The notes below the pieces were generated by a model. That model did not search any database and was not told the DNA's origin. It was given only the letters and a program-made list of their open reading frames with translations. Of a stretch of 64,000 bases of DNA, positions 9,315-18,604 are shown piece by piece. The translations under genes and the position numbers were made by a program. The stretch covers positions 1 through 64,000 of the forward strand of contig JAWVXD010000007.1 in the NCBI GenBank assembly GCA_033723415.1, in the 5' to 3' direction. Origin of the DNA: Sulfurospirillaceae bacterium. Its GTDB lineage: Bacteria; Campylobacterota; Campylobacteria; Campylobacterales; Sulfurospirillaceae. Position 1 is the first letter of the stretch; each line of letters begins with the position of its first letter.

Positions 9315-9389
9315 TGGCTCCGGATACTGGATTCGAACCAGTGACCAAGTGATTAACAGTCACCTACTCTACCGCTGAGCTAATCCGGA
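9315..9389 (-). tRNA. tRNA-Asn (GTT)
   Basis: Reverse complement TCCGGATTAGCTCAGCGGTAGAGTAGGTGACTGTTAATCACTTGGTCACTGGTTCGAATCCAGTATCCGGAGCCA: cloverleaf, anticodon GTT, GTTCGA T-loop, encoded CCA. Confidence 0.98.
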
Positions 9390-9410
9390 ACATAATTTAA
9401 TGAGGACGAA

Positions 9411-9439
9411 ATTATAGTAAAAAAAGTTCTCAATGTCAA
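9411..9439 (-). promoter_or_regulatory. Consensus sigma70 promoter of tRNA-Asn
   Basis: Minus strand TTGACA-17 nt-TATAAT. Confidence 0.85.
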
Positions 9440-9612
9440 GATTTTTGGCAAACTATCCAATTATATATGTTTTTTTGTCAGTTCGTTTACAATCATTAAA
9501 GGAATATAAATAAATAGTAAACAAGCAAAATTTTTTAAGAAAAATGAAGGCAACTACTGCTAATATTACCGCAATTAACCCCGGACGGGTTAAAAAAACA
9601 AAGGAGAATTGT

Positions 9613-10560
9613 ATGAACAAAAAACTTGCTACTATAGCACTAGCCGGTGCTTTAAGCATTCCTGCATTTGCAGCACACTTCATCACTATCGGGACTGGTG
9701 GTGTTACAGGTGTTTATTATCCAACAGGTGGAGCTATCTGTAGAATGGTAAACAAAGAAAAGAAAAAAAGCGGTATAAGATGTTCAGTTGAATCAACTGG
9801 TGGTTCAGTATATAATGTTAACACTATTAAATCTGGCGAGCTTGATTTTGGTATCTCTCAAAGTGATACTGCATATCAAGCATATCATGGTATAGGTAAA
9901 TTTAAAGGTAAACCAAACAAAGAATTAAGAAGCGTTATCGCAATTTATCCTGAATTACTAACTCTTGTTGTAGCAAAAAAATCAGGTATCAAGTCAATAC
10001 AAGATATCAAAGGTAAAAGAATCAATATAGACGTTCCTGGTTCTGGAACTAGAATGACTACAGAGATCGTATTAAAAGCGTTTGGTATCAAAAAATCTGA
10101 AATCGGTAAAATAGATGAACTTTCTTCTAGTGAAGGTCCAACTATGCTAAAAGATGATCATATTGATGGTTATTTTGCAGTTTTCGGTCACCCTACAGCA
10201 AATATTAAAGATGCGGCAAATTCAGTTGCTATCGATTTAATACCAATCCAAGGTAAACCAATAGATGGTCTAGTTGCTAAATATCCATACTATGCAAAAG
10301 GTATCATCTCAGGTACATTCTACCATGGTGTAACTCATGATACTCCAAGTATCGGTGTAAAAGCTGTTCTTTGTACAAGTTCAAAAATTAGTGAAAAAGT
10401 TGTTTATACTATAGTTAAAACAATTTTAGATAATTTTGAAGCATTCAAAAAACTTCACCCGGCTTATAAAACAATTACTAAAAAAAGCCTACTTGATGGT
10501 TTAAGTATTCCACAGCATCCAGGTGCTATAAAAGCATTTAAAGAAGCTGGATTACTGTAA
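9613..10560 (+). CDS. TAXI-family TRAP transporter solute-binding protein
   Basis: ATG 9613 after AAGGAG; signal peptide; ITIGTGGVTGVYYPTGGAIC, STGGSVYNV, IPQHPGA. Confidence 0.93.
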   Translation: MNKKLATIALAGALSIPAFAAHFITIGTGGVTGVYYPTGGAICRMVNKEKKKSGIRCSVESTGGSVYNVNTIKSGELDFGISQSDTAYQAYHGIGKFKGKPNKELRSVIAIYPELLTLVVAKKSGIKSIQDIKGKRINIDVPGSGTRMTTEIVLKAFGIKKSEIGKIDELSSSEGPTMLKDDHIDGYFAVFGHPTANIKDAANSVAIDLIPIQGKPIDGLVAKYPYYAKGIISGTFYHGVTHDTPSIGVKAVLCTSSKISEKVVYTIVKTILDNFEAFKKLHPAYKTITKKSLLDGLSIPQHPGAIKAFKEAGLL

Positions 10561-10569
10561 TTTGTTTAA

Positions 10570-10599
10570 ATGATCTAGGCTCATTTGAGTCTAGATCAT
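10570..10599 (+). terminator. Stem-loop after TAXI gene (terminator or mRNA stabiliser)
   Basis: ATGATCTAGGCTCA-TT-TGAGTCTAGATCAT. Confidence 0.6.
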
Positions 10600-10674
10600 C
10601 ATAGAATATCTCTAAAATAAAATCGTTTGAATATTTTATAGATATTCCAAGAATATTTGCGAGGGGGGCTAAAC

Positions 10675-12846
10675 TTGAAAAAGCAAGTTGACAGAGAAAA
10701 AGAATATCTAGAAGATGTTCAAGAAAATAGTAAAGAAGCGTTTGAAACTCTATCAGAACTAGATAAAAGCACTATTCCATCAGAAAATCATATGACAGCG
10801 GAAGAAAAGCTAATTAGTGAATTAGAGGGACAACGAGTTTTTGAAAAGGGCACATCACATTACTGGCTAATAACAATAATCGCATTTTGTTGGTCTGTTT
10901 TCCAACTTTATGTGGTTATATCTCCTATCAATAGTGTATATTTAAGATCAATTCACTTAGCATTTGCCGTTGCTTTGGCATTTACTATGTATCCTATCTT
11001 AAAAAAACCAAGTTTAAGAAATACCATAACCTGGTACGATATGCTTTTTGCCGCTATAGGAATAGGTGCAGTATTGTACAAATGGTATGAATATACTGCC
11101 TTGGCTATGCGTTCAGGGGCTTGGGTTACAACCGATGTAGTTGTTGGTGTGATAGTTGTTGTAATTGTGTTGGAAGCAGCAAGAAGAGTCATGGGACTAC
11201 CTCTGCCTGTTATTGCAATTATATTTTTATTGTATGATTACTTTGGACCATATATGCCTGATTTGATCGCTCACAAAGGTGCAAGCGTCAGTAAACTTAT
11301 GGGACAAATGGTGTTGACAACAGAGGGGATTTACGGAGTACCTCTTGGGGTTAGTGCATCCTACGTATTTTTATTTGTGTTGTTTGGTTCCTTGCTTGAC
11401 CGTGCAGGAGCAGGTGAATACTTTATAAAGCTTGCATATACGCTACTTGGTAGATTTGATGGTGGACCGGCTAAGGCATCTGTTGCAGCATCAGGTCTTA
11501 TGGGTATGATCTCAGGCTCATCTATAGCAAATACTGTTACTGTTGGAACATTTACGATACCGCTAATGAAAAGATTGGGATTTCCTCCTGCAAAAGCTGC
11601 AGCAGTTGAAGTTTCCGCTTCAGTAAACGGTCAATTAATGCCTCCTATTATGGGTGCTGCTGCGTTTATCATCGCAGAATTCCTTGGACTAAGCTATACA
11701 GAAGTTGTATTTGCAGCATTTTTACCTGCTTTTGTTTGTTATTTTTCACTATTTTATATAGTGCATCTTGAAGCTAAAAAACAAGGAATACACGGAGAAG
11801 ACCCTAAAAAGTTGGGACGTGCTTGGCCTATATTTATTAAAGGTATACACTATATAATCCCTATTTTCTTTTTAATGTATACATTGATAATACTAAGACA
11901 CTCTGCACAAAGTGCAGCATTTAATGCGATAATGTTTATGATGATCATCATGATCACACAAAAACCTATAAAAGCATTTATTAAAAAAGAAAAGATAACT
12001 TTAGGCCTTCTAACAGAAGGTTTTTCAGATATAGGACACGGTATGATCAACGGAGCTAAGGGAATGGTTCCTATAGCTGTTGCTACCGGTGTTGCAGGTT
12101 TAATAGTAGGTTCTGTTACTCTTACAGGTATCGGTTTGATCTTGGCAGATGTCATTGACCAACTTTCTCACGGATATATCATCTTAGTATTGCTATTTAC
12201 TGCTATTACTTCTTTGATACTCGGTATGGGACTTCCGACAACAGCAAACTATATCGTTATGGCATCACTTACAGCGCCTGTTATCATGCAGCTTGCTGCT
12301 TCTAATGGTTATGTGATCCCGATGTTGGCAGCGCATATGTTCGTATTTTACTTTGGTATTCTAGCCGATGACACACCGCCTGTGGGTCTGGCGGCATATG
12401 CCGCAGCCGGAATAGCAAAGGCGGATCCGATCAAAGCAGGACTTCAAGGATTTTTCTATGATATAAGAACAGGTTTATTGCCTTTTATGTTCTTTTTCAA
12501 TAATAAGCTCTTGATGATCAGCTCAGTCGACCCGACAGATCCAAACGATCCAAGTAAGTGGGTGTGGATTTCCAACCCTGTGGAAATTGGAGCAATCTTC
12601 CTTGCAGCAATCACAGGGATGTTTGCATTTACCTCTGCGACTCAAGGCTGGTTTCTTACTAAGGTAAGTACAATCGAAAGACTGATGCTTATTTGTGTGA
12701 TTCCTTTCACAATGCAGCCGCAGCTTATGATTGATCATTTAGATTTTCCAAATGAATATGTCAGCTACTTGACTGGAGCGGGTATATACTTTCTAGTATA
12801 TCTAATACAAAAAGCAAAGGTTAGGAAAAATCCTGCATTAGCTTAA
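10675..12846 (+). CDS. TRAP transporter fused 4TM/12TM permease (TAXI type)
   Basis: TEGIYGVPLGVSA, GGPAKASV, SGSSIAN, GQLMPPIMGAAAF, LGMGLPTTANY, DDTPPVGLAAY; probable TTG start 10675. Confidence 0.93.
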   Translation: MKKQVDREKEYLEDVQENSKEAFETLSELDKSTIPSENHMTAEEKLISELEGQRVFEKGTSHYWLITIIAFCWSVFQLYVVISPINSVYLRSIHLAFAVALAFTMYPILKKPSLRNTITWYDMLFAAIGIGAVLYKWYEYTALAMRSGAWVTTDVVVGVIVVVIVLEAARRVMGLPLPVIAIIFLLYDYFGPYMPDLIAHKGASVSKLMGQMVLTTEGIYGVPLGVSASYVFLFVLFGSLLDRAGAGEYFIKLAYTLLGRFDGGPAKASVAASGLMGMISGSSIANTVTVGTFTIPLMKRLGFPPAKAAAVEVSASVNGQLMPPIMGAAAFIIAEFLGLSYTEVVFAAFLPAFVCYFSLFYIVHLEAKKQGIHGEDPKKLGRAWPIFIKGIHYIIPIFFLMYTLIILRHSAQSAAFNAIMFMMIIMITQKPIKAFIKKEKITLGLLTEGFSDIGHGMINGAKGMVPIAVATGVAGLIVGSVTLTGIGLILADVIDQLSHGYIILVLLFTAITSLILGMGLPTTANYIVMASLTAPVIMQLAASNGYVIPMLAAHMFVFYFGILADDTPPVGLAAYAAAGIAKADPIKAGLQGFFYDIRTGLLPFMFFFNNKLLMISSVDPTDPNDPSKWVWISNPVEIGAIFLAAITGMFAFTSATQGWFLTKVSTIERLMLICVIPFTMQPQLMIDHLDFPNEYVSYLTGAGIYFLVYLIQKAKVRKNPALA

Positions 12847-12852
12847 TAAAAC

Positions 12853-12881
12853 TTAGATGTGAGCGCTAAGCTCACATCTAA
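12853..12881. terminator. Bidirectional terminator between convergent genes
   Basis: TTAGATGTGAGC-GCTAA-GCTCACATCTAA. Confidence 0.75.
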
Positions 12882-13786
12882 TATCTATAAAAAACAGTTC
12901 CTGCTATATCTACTTTTCTCACTATCTTTTTTTCTATTAGTTCTTCAAGTATATTTTTACTTTTTTCACTAAAACATGAAGTCACGTCATGTACACTTTG
13001 AGGTCTTTTTGATAACAGATTTAAAATTTCATCTTCACTAAAATCTCTTTTTTCTCCAACATAGTCTTTTCTATAAGCAACACTGACATTTAACCCTACA
13101 ATAAGTTCTGCAAGCTCGATAAGTCTTTTACTGCTTACATTTTTGACATTGTACGCAGGCGGTCTGTCAATACTTCCCACATCAACACGATCCGGTTTTA
13201 TCTTATTTAGCGCTATGGATATTTTTTCAAATTCTTCTTCTTTGTCATTTATGCCCTCTACGACAAGCACTTCTATAATAAGTAAGCCATTATATTCTCT
13301 TCTGAATTCTTGCATATTTTCAATAATGTCTTCTATTTGGATGCCTTTTAAGGGTCTATCTATCCTTTTAAAGCATTTTTGAGTTGCACAATCTAGGGAA
13401 AATTTTACTATGTCTATCTTTTTTAAGATTTCTCTTGTTCTTTTGTCTACGACACTTGCACCATTTGTGAGTATCAAGATCTTATAATCACCTTTTATAT
13501 TATTGATCGCCTCTACCAGTTCATCAAGATGAGGATAAAGAGTCGGTTCTCCATTTGCCGTTATAGTGATAACATCAATATCTGGAAACTTTAAAAGAGC
13601 TTTTTTGAGAGCTGTGATTATTTCATCAACCGAAATCACTTCTGACATTGTATCAACTGGTTTTGCCGCTTTCAGTTCGCAGTAAACACAGTCAAAACTA
13701 CATTGTTTTAGTGCCGGACTTAGGTCAATCCCTAAAGATTGACCAAATCTTCTAGAATTGACCGGACCAAAGATTATCTCATTCAT
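12878..13786 (-). CDS. Radical SAM protein
   Basis: FGPVNSRRFGQSLGIDL, CSFDCVYC (CxxxCxxC), GEPTLYP. Confidence 0.9.
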   Translation of the reverse strand: MNEIIFGPVNSRRFGQSLGIDLSPALKQCSFDCVYCELKAAKPVDTMSEVISVDEIITALKKALLKFPDIDVITITANGEPTLYPHLDELVEAINNIKGDYKILILTNGASVVDKRTREILKKIDIVKFSLDCATQKCFKRIDRPLKGIQIEDIIENMQEFRREYNGLLIIEVLVVEGINDKEEEFEKISIALNKIKPDRVDVGSIDRPPAYNVKNVSSKRLIELAELIVGLNVSVAYRKDYVGEKRDFSEDEILNLLSKRPQSVHDVTSCFSEKSKNILEELIEKKIVRKVDIAGTVFYRY

Positions 13787-13793
13787 ATAGCGA

Positions 13794-14822
13794 TTAAATC
13801 TTTGTCTTTTTTTGAACTTGTTTTATAAAGTATTTTGCATTTTCCACAGGGATGTCAGGCAAGATTCCATGCCCTAAGTTAAATATATGTCTTTTGTTTT
13901 GCATCACATTAACTATTTTTTCGATTCCTTCGTCAATCGCGTCTTTATCATACAATCTTGTTGGTTCCATATTGCCTTGAAGAACATATTTGTCACCCAA
14001 TTTTTCTTTTGCCAGCTCTATAGGAGTTGACCAATCTACGCCGAAAACATCAAAATCTCCGTCAATTTTATCTAAATATCCGCTTATCCCCTTAGGAAAT
14101 ACTATGATAGGAGTCTGAGGATATTTTGATTTTATGTAGCTTGTTATCTCTTTAATATAATCCCAACTGAATTCAAAATAAGCGCTTTCTTCTAAAGCTG
14201 CCGCCCATGAGTCAAAGATCATCACCACGTCAGCGCCGCTTTTTATCTGATTTTCTAAATATAATTTCAAAACAGCCGTAGTTTTCTTCAAAAGTGCATG
14301 TAATAAGTCCGGATTAGAATATGCTATCTTCTTAACTTTTGCATACGTTTTAGTACCCTGCCCCTCTATCATATATGTGGCAAGTGTCCAAGGCGCGCCG
14401 CAAAAACCGATAAGTGCAATGTCTGCAGAAAGTTGCCCTCTGATTTGTTTTATGGTTTCATATACGTATTTAAGTTCATCTGCTGCTTTTTGCACATCAA
14501 GTTTTTCTATATCTTCCATAGTTTGGATCGGCTGAGAGAAAACTGGTCCTTCACCTTTTATAAATTTCAAGTCCATGCCCATTTCGAGGGGAACAACCAG
14601 TATATCGCTAAACATAATAGCTGCATCAACACCTAAAATATCTATAGGCTGTATGGATACTTCACAAGCTTTTGCCGGATCTTTACATAAAGATAGAAAA
14701 TCTCCTGCTTTTGCTCTTACTTCCATATATTCCGGTAAATACCTACCTGCCTGCCTCATCATCCATACAGGGGAATACGGTGTTTGTTTACCAAAACACG
14801 CATCTACAAATATCTTACTCAT
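13794..14822 (-). CDS. hemE: Uroporphyrinogen decarboxylase
   Basis: [27 protein letters not shown]. Confidence 0.97.
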   Translation of the reverse strand: MSKIFVDACFGKQTPYSPVWMMRQAGRYLPEYMEVRAKAGDFLSLCKDPAKACEVSIQPIDILGVDAAIMFSDILVVPLEMGMDLKFIKGEGPVFSQPIQTMEDIEKLDVQKAADELKYVYETIKQIRGQLSADIALIGFCGAPWTLATYMIEGQGTKTYAKVKKIAYSNPDLLHALLKKTTAVLKLYLENQIKSGADVVMIFDSWAAALEESAYFEFSWDYIKEITSYIKSKYPQTPIIVFPKGISGYLDKIDGDFDVFGVDWSTPIELAKEKLGDKYVLQGNMEPTRLYDKDAIDEGIEKIVNVMQNKRHIFNLGHGILPDIPVENAKYFIKQVQKKTKI

Positions 14823-15325
14823 TAATGTTTTCCAACCTTTCCTAAAAAATACAAGCCTATTGAAATACCCATGATGGATGCAGCAAAATATAACATTTCC
14901 TGTGCTCCATTATAGTTTGTATGTAAAATTCTCTGAAAAAAATTCACAACCAAGACCATAACGATAACCTTTGCTATCTTATCTTTGAGTTGATCAAGGC
15001 TTGTTATACTTAAAATTCTTCCTTTTTCTTTTGCCGGATCAATATCTGATATAAAAAGCTCATATATACCAAATCCAAAGATCAAAAGAACGACTCCGAT
15101 CAGATACAAATCTACTGCACCGATAATTTCGCTAACAACCAGCTCGTGAAAATCTTTGATTTCTTTGTGTGTAAAAAAATAATTGTATGTCAGGACCGAT
15201 ACATGATATATATCTGCACTGGCCACTACAAATAATATTACAGCACCTATAATGCCAAATACTACGGCAAAAAGGGTTATAAATCTAGTTGACCATAAGC
15301 CTGATTCAAATATTTTTTCTATCAT
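14822..15325 (-). CDS. YqhA/UPF0114-family membrane protein
   Basis: [25 protein letters not shown]; several TM segments. Confidence 0.8.
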   Translation of the reverse strand: MIEKIFESGLWSTRFITLFAVVFGIIGAVILFVVASADIYHVSVLTYNYFFTHKEIKDFHELVVSEIIGAVDLYLIGVVLLIFGFGIYELFISDIDPAKEKGRILSITSLDQLKDKIAKVIVMVLVVNFFQRILHTNYNGAQEMLYFAASIMGISIGLYFLGKVGKH

Positions 15326-15326
15326 C

Positions 15327-16352
15327 TTAATCTTCTAATTCTATCCACTTTAATGCAATTCTTACTGCATTTGTCGCTGCACCGACTCTAATCTGATCGG
15401 CACTACACCAAAGATGAAGAACATTGTCTCTGTACAAATCTCTTCTAATTCTACCAACATATGTCTCATCAGTATCAGTTGAGATAACAGGCATAGGGTA
15501 TTCGTTTTTACTTGGTTCATCTACTACTACGATACTAGGTGCACTTCTTAGTACTTCTCTTGCTCTGGCGGCATCTACAGGATTATTAAAGTGTATAGTA
15601 ATCGCTTCACTGTGACTTCTTAAGACAGGAACTCTTACACAAGTAGCACTCACTTCAACATTTTTACCCAGTATCTTTTGAGTCTCATTCACCATTTTCA
15701 TCTCTTCTTTTGTGTAATCATTTTCCATAAATACATCTATATGAGGGATAACATTTAAAGCGATTTGATGTTGAAATTTTTCATGTTTGCTGTCTTTTAA
15801 TCTAAATGCAAAGAAATCCTGCATTTGATTCACTAGCTCTTCCATACCTTCTTTGCCCGCACCGCTTACTGCTTGATATGTGCTTACATCAACTCTACTG
15901 ATGTCAAATACATCGTCCAAAGGCTTTAGTATTTGTACCATTTGTATAGTAGAACAGTTTGGATTGGCTATAATTCCTCGATTTTTCCAAGCGCCAATGT
16001 CTCCAGGGTTACACTCAGGCACAACCAAAGGTACATCTTCATCCATCCTAAAATGACTCGTATTATCTATGACAACCGCCCCTGCTTCTGCTGCAAATGG
16101 GGCAAAATGTGCTGAAACACTTCCTCCTGCACTAAAAAAAGCTATATCTACTTCTTTTTCAGAAAAAACAGTTTCGGTTAGTTCTATGACCTTATATTTT
16201 TTGTTTTTGAATTCTACTTCTAATCCGACACTTTTTGCACTAGCTAATGGTATTAGGTTCCCAACAGGAAAATCTAGATCTTCCAATACTCTGCATAATT
16301 CTTCGCCTACTGCACCGGTAGCTCCTGCTATAGCTACATTATATTTTCTCAT
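15327..16352 (-). CDS. asd: Aspartate-semialdehyde dehydrogenase
   Basis: GATGAVG, IIANPNCST, STYQAVSGAG, CVRVPVLRSHSE. Confidence 0.97.
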   Translation of the reverse strand: MRKYNVAIAGATGAVGEELCRVLEDLDFPVGNLIPLASAKSVGLEVEFKNKKYKVIELTETVFSEKEVDIAFFSAGGSVSAHFAPFAAEAGAVVIDNTSHFRMDEDVPLVVPECNPGDIGAWKNRGIIANPNCSTIQMVQILKPLDDVFDISRVDVSTYQAVSGAGKEGMEELVNQMQDFFAFRLKDSKHEKFQHQIALNVIPHIDVFMENDYTKEEMKMVNETQKILGKNVEVSATCVRVPVLRSHSEAITIHFNNPVDAARAREVLRSAPSIVVVDEPSKNEYPMPVISTDTDETYVGRIRRDLYRDNVLHLWCSADQIRVGAATNAVRIALKWIELED

Positions 16353-16353
16353 T

Positions 16354-17643
16354 TTATACCTCAATACTGTATTTATTAATCTTATCCAATAAGTTTTTCT
16401 TACTCATGACCAATATCTTACTCGCTTCCAAAATGTCATTTCCTACACTTTGAAGCACCTCTTTTATCAAATCTATTTCCATATTTTGTATACTTTTTTT
16501 ATTGCTTCTGCTTTCAAGGAAGAGGTCTTCTTCGCTTATCTGTGAATTATCACTCAAAATAGCTGCTCTTTCAACTACAGATATAAGTTCTCTTATATTT
16601 CCATGCCATGCATAAGAGAGCAAAGACTTTTGTGCTTCTTCTGAAAAAGATTTTTCTTCTAAATCATATTTACCTTGTACTTCAAGAAGCACTTTTTCTG
16701 CTATAGTCAATATCTCTTCTTGTCTTTCTCTAAGCGGTGCGATCTTTATAGGTATTGTATTGAGTCTAAAATATAAATCTTCCCTAAATTTTCCTTCTCT
16801 AATAAACTCTGTAATATTTGCATTGGTTGCCGAAATCACTCTTACGTCTATAGGTATGGGCTTTGTTCCGCCGACTCTATATACTACTCTTTCCTGCAAC
16901 ACTCTTAAGATCTTGCTCTGCAAAGATATCGACATCTCCGCTATTTCATCTAAAAAGATCGTTCCTTTGTTTGCTGATTCAAAATATCCTTTTTTATCAC
17001 TTACCGCATCTGTAAATGCACCTTTTTCATAACCAAATAATTCACTCTCTAGTAGATTATCAGGTATAGCAGCCATATTTATAGCGACAAATGAATTATT
17101 GGCTCTTTGCGAGTTTTCATGCACATAATTTGCAAAAAGTTCTTTACCGACTCCGCTTTCACCCAAAAGCATAACAGTTGCATCAGTTTTTGCTGCTTTT
17201 TTTGCCAATGACAAAGAAACCTCAAGCTGCTTCGATGTTCCCAAAAACAATCTATTTTTGGGACATGTTGCATTTTGCTTTTTTGATACTTTTTTTCTTA
17301 TTTTAACGTTTCTTTTAATCGCATTTACCAATGTATCAATCTCAAATGGTTTTGTTAAAAAATCTTTTACACCAAGACGAATCGAATCTATAGCTCTGTT
17401 TAAAGTAGCATTGCCTGTTATTACGATAATATCATATTTATTATCTAATTTCTTAACGAATTCCATACCGTCCATACCCGGCATATTTATATCCGTTATG
17501 ACTAGATCAGTATCAGTTTCTATATTTTTTAAAGCTTCATTTGCATTTTTATAACATTTAGTTTCAAATTCTTCGTACTCGCTAAGAGCAAATTCCAATG
17601 ATTTTCTCATGTTTATATCGTCTTCAACGATAACAATTTTCAT
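16354..17643 (-). CDS. flgR: Sigma54-dependent response regulator (flagellar FlgR)
   Basis: Receiver domain, GESGVGKE, GAFTDA (GAFTGA variant), FREDLYFRL; position between flgQ and asd as in Campylobacter. Confidence 0.9.
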   Translation of the reverse strand: MKIVIVEDDINMRKSLEFALSEYEEFETKCYKNANEALKNIETDTDLVITDINMPGMDGMEFVKKLDNKYDIIVITGNATLNRAIDSIRLGVKDFLTKPFEIDTLVNAIKRNVKIRKKVSKKQNATCPKNRLFLGTSKQLEVSLSLAKKAAKTDATVMLLGESGVGKELFANYVHENSQRANNSFVAINMAAIPDNLLESELFGYEKGAFTDAVSDKKGYFESANKGTIFLDEIAEMSISLQSKILRVLQERVVYRVGGTKPIPIDVRVISATNANITEFIREGKFREDLYFRLNTIPIKIAPLRERQEEILTIAEKVLLEVQGKYDLEEKSFSEEAQKSLLSYAWHGNIRELISVVERAAILSDNSQISEEDLFLESRSNKKSIQNMEIDLIKEVLQSVGNDILEASKILVMSKKNLLDKINKYSIEV

Positions 17644-17659
17644 ACAAATTCCACACTTT

Positions 17660-18073
17660 TTAATTTTTCTGTTTCTTTAAGATAGTTATATTAGCAAAAT
17701 CATCTTTAAAATCTACTATAAATCTAACAGGCTCTATGACAATCTCGACAACATCGTTTATACCGTTTGTGGAAATTGTACTGTGTGATGTAATTACAAC
17801 ATTTGATTTATAAAAGCATGGAAGGATTTTATCGAAATTTTTATTAAGGATATTTAGGCTTGTCATATGTGGTTTTGTGACAACTTTAACCTTGCATTTT
17901 GAATTTCCATGGGCTGATATAGGGACAGGAAACGGTATAACTAGAGGAGAGATATTCTTTTGTTCATAAACCAATGCATTATTGGAAGTAACACTTCTAT
18001 AGGAAAACCAAAAAGTGTCACTTCCATAAAATTGACTTAGTAATAAGACTAATAAGAGAAGATTTCTTTCCAC
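17660..18073 (-). CDS. flgQ: FlgQ-like motility protein
   Basis: Signal-peptide-like N-terminus; position between flgP and flgR (synteny-based call). Confidence 0.55.
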   Translation of the reverse strand: MERNLLLLVLLLSQFYGSDTFWFSYRSVTSNNALVYEQKNISPLVIPFPVPISAHGNSKCKVKVVTKPHMTSLNILNKNFDKILPCFYKSNVVITSHSTISTNGINDVVEIVIEPVRFIVDFKDDFANITILKKQKN

Positions 18074-18555
18074 CTTCGTCCGCTCATTTTTAGCTCCATT
18101 CTCACGGTAAATAAACCATCTTTATAAGATGTTTCTGTGATAGTGGCATTTTTAATCAGTCCATTTACCTGAGTTTCTATTCTAGAGTCTCTAAGAGATG
18201 CATCTTTAACTGTCTCTTTTGAATTAACTTGTACACCGTATAGTTTTTCTCCAAGTTGACGATATGCATCCGATACAGCTGCTCTTTTTGCTAAAGCGAT
18301 AGCCTGCGCAGGAGATATTGTATTCATAGGAGCTATACCTTCGCCATATACTGTAAACTCTTTGTCCGGTATATTGTTGTAGTATGCAAGTTTTTCTTCT
18401 TTTATGATCTTCTCCACATCCTGCTTGCTAGCTTTTTCAACTATTACTTTTTGAGTAACCTGAGGTTTTTTAGCATCCGGTTGTATACCGTTACAGCCAG
18501 AGAACAAGATCAAAGCACCTAGACCATAAGAAATAAAAAAAATAAACTTCTTCAT
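18049..18555 (-). CDS. flgP: LPP20-family lipoprotein, flagellar basal disk protein FlgP
   Basis: Lipobox FSGC; AQAIALAKRAAVSDAYRQLGEKLYGVQVN; directly downstream of gyrA. Confidence 0.85.
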   Translation of the reverse strand: MKKFIFFISYGLGALILFSGCNGIQPDAKKPQVTQKVIVEKASKQDVEKIIKEEKLAYYNNIPDKEFTVYGEGIAPMNTISPAQAIALAKRAAVSDAYRQLGEKLYGVQVNSKETVKDASLRDSRIETQVNGLIKNATITETSYKDGLFTVRMELKMSGRRWKEIFSY

Positions 18556-18585
18556 AACACACCTTTTAAATAATTTTCAGTATAT

Positions 18586-18603
18586 AAGCAACTCTTATTC
18601 CAA
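18586..18603 (-). promoter_or_regulatory. Sigma54 (-24/-12) promoter upstream of flgP
   Basis: Minus strand TTGGAATAAGAGTTGCTT, GG-N10-GC spacing, 30 nt upstream of the flgP ATG. Confidence 0.7.
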
Positions 18604-18604
18604 T

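Noticed and set aside
9137..9389. tRNA-Asn as an integration site for the HTH/microprotein/T1SS region
   Set aside because: No integrase and no duplicated tRNA 3' end found in the window
9544..9612. N-terminal extension of the TAXI ORF and the antisense ORF 9453-9686
   Set aside because: The AAGGAG RBS and signal peptide place the start at 9613
10663..10668. G6 run before the TRAP permease as a phase-variable tract
   Set aside because: Too short for typical Campylobacterota contingency tracts and explained as an RBS
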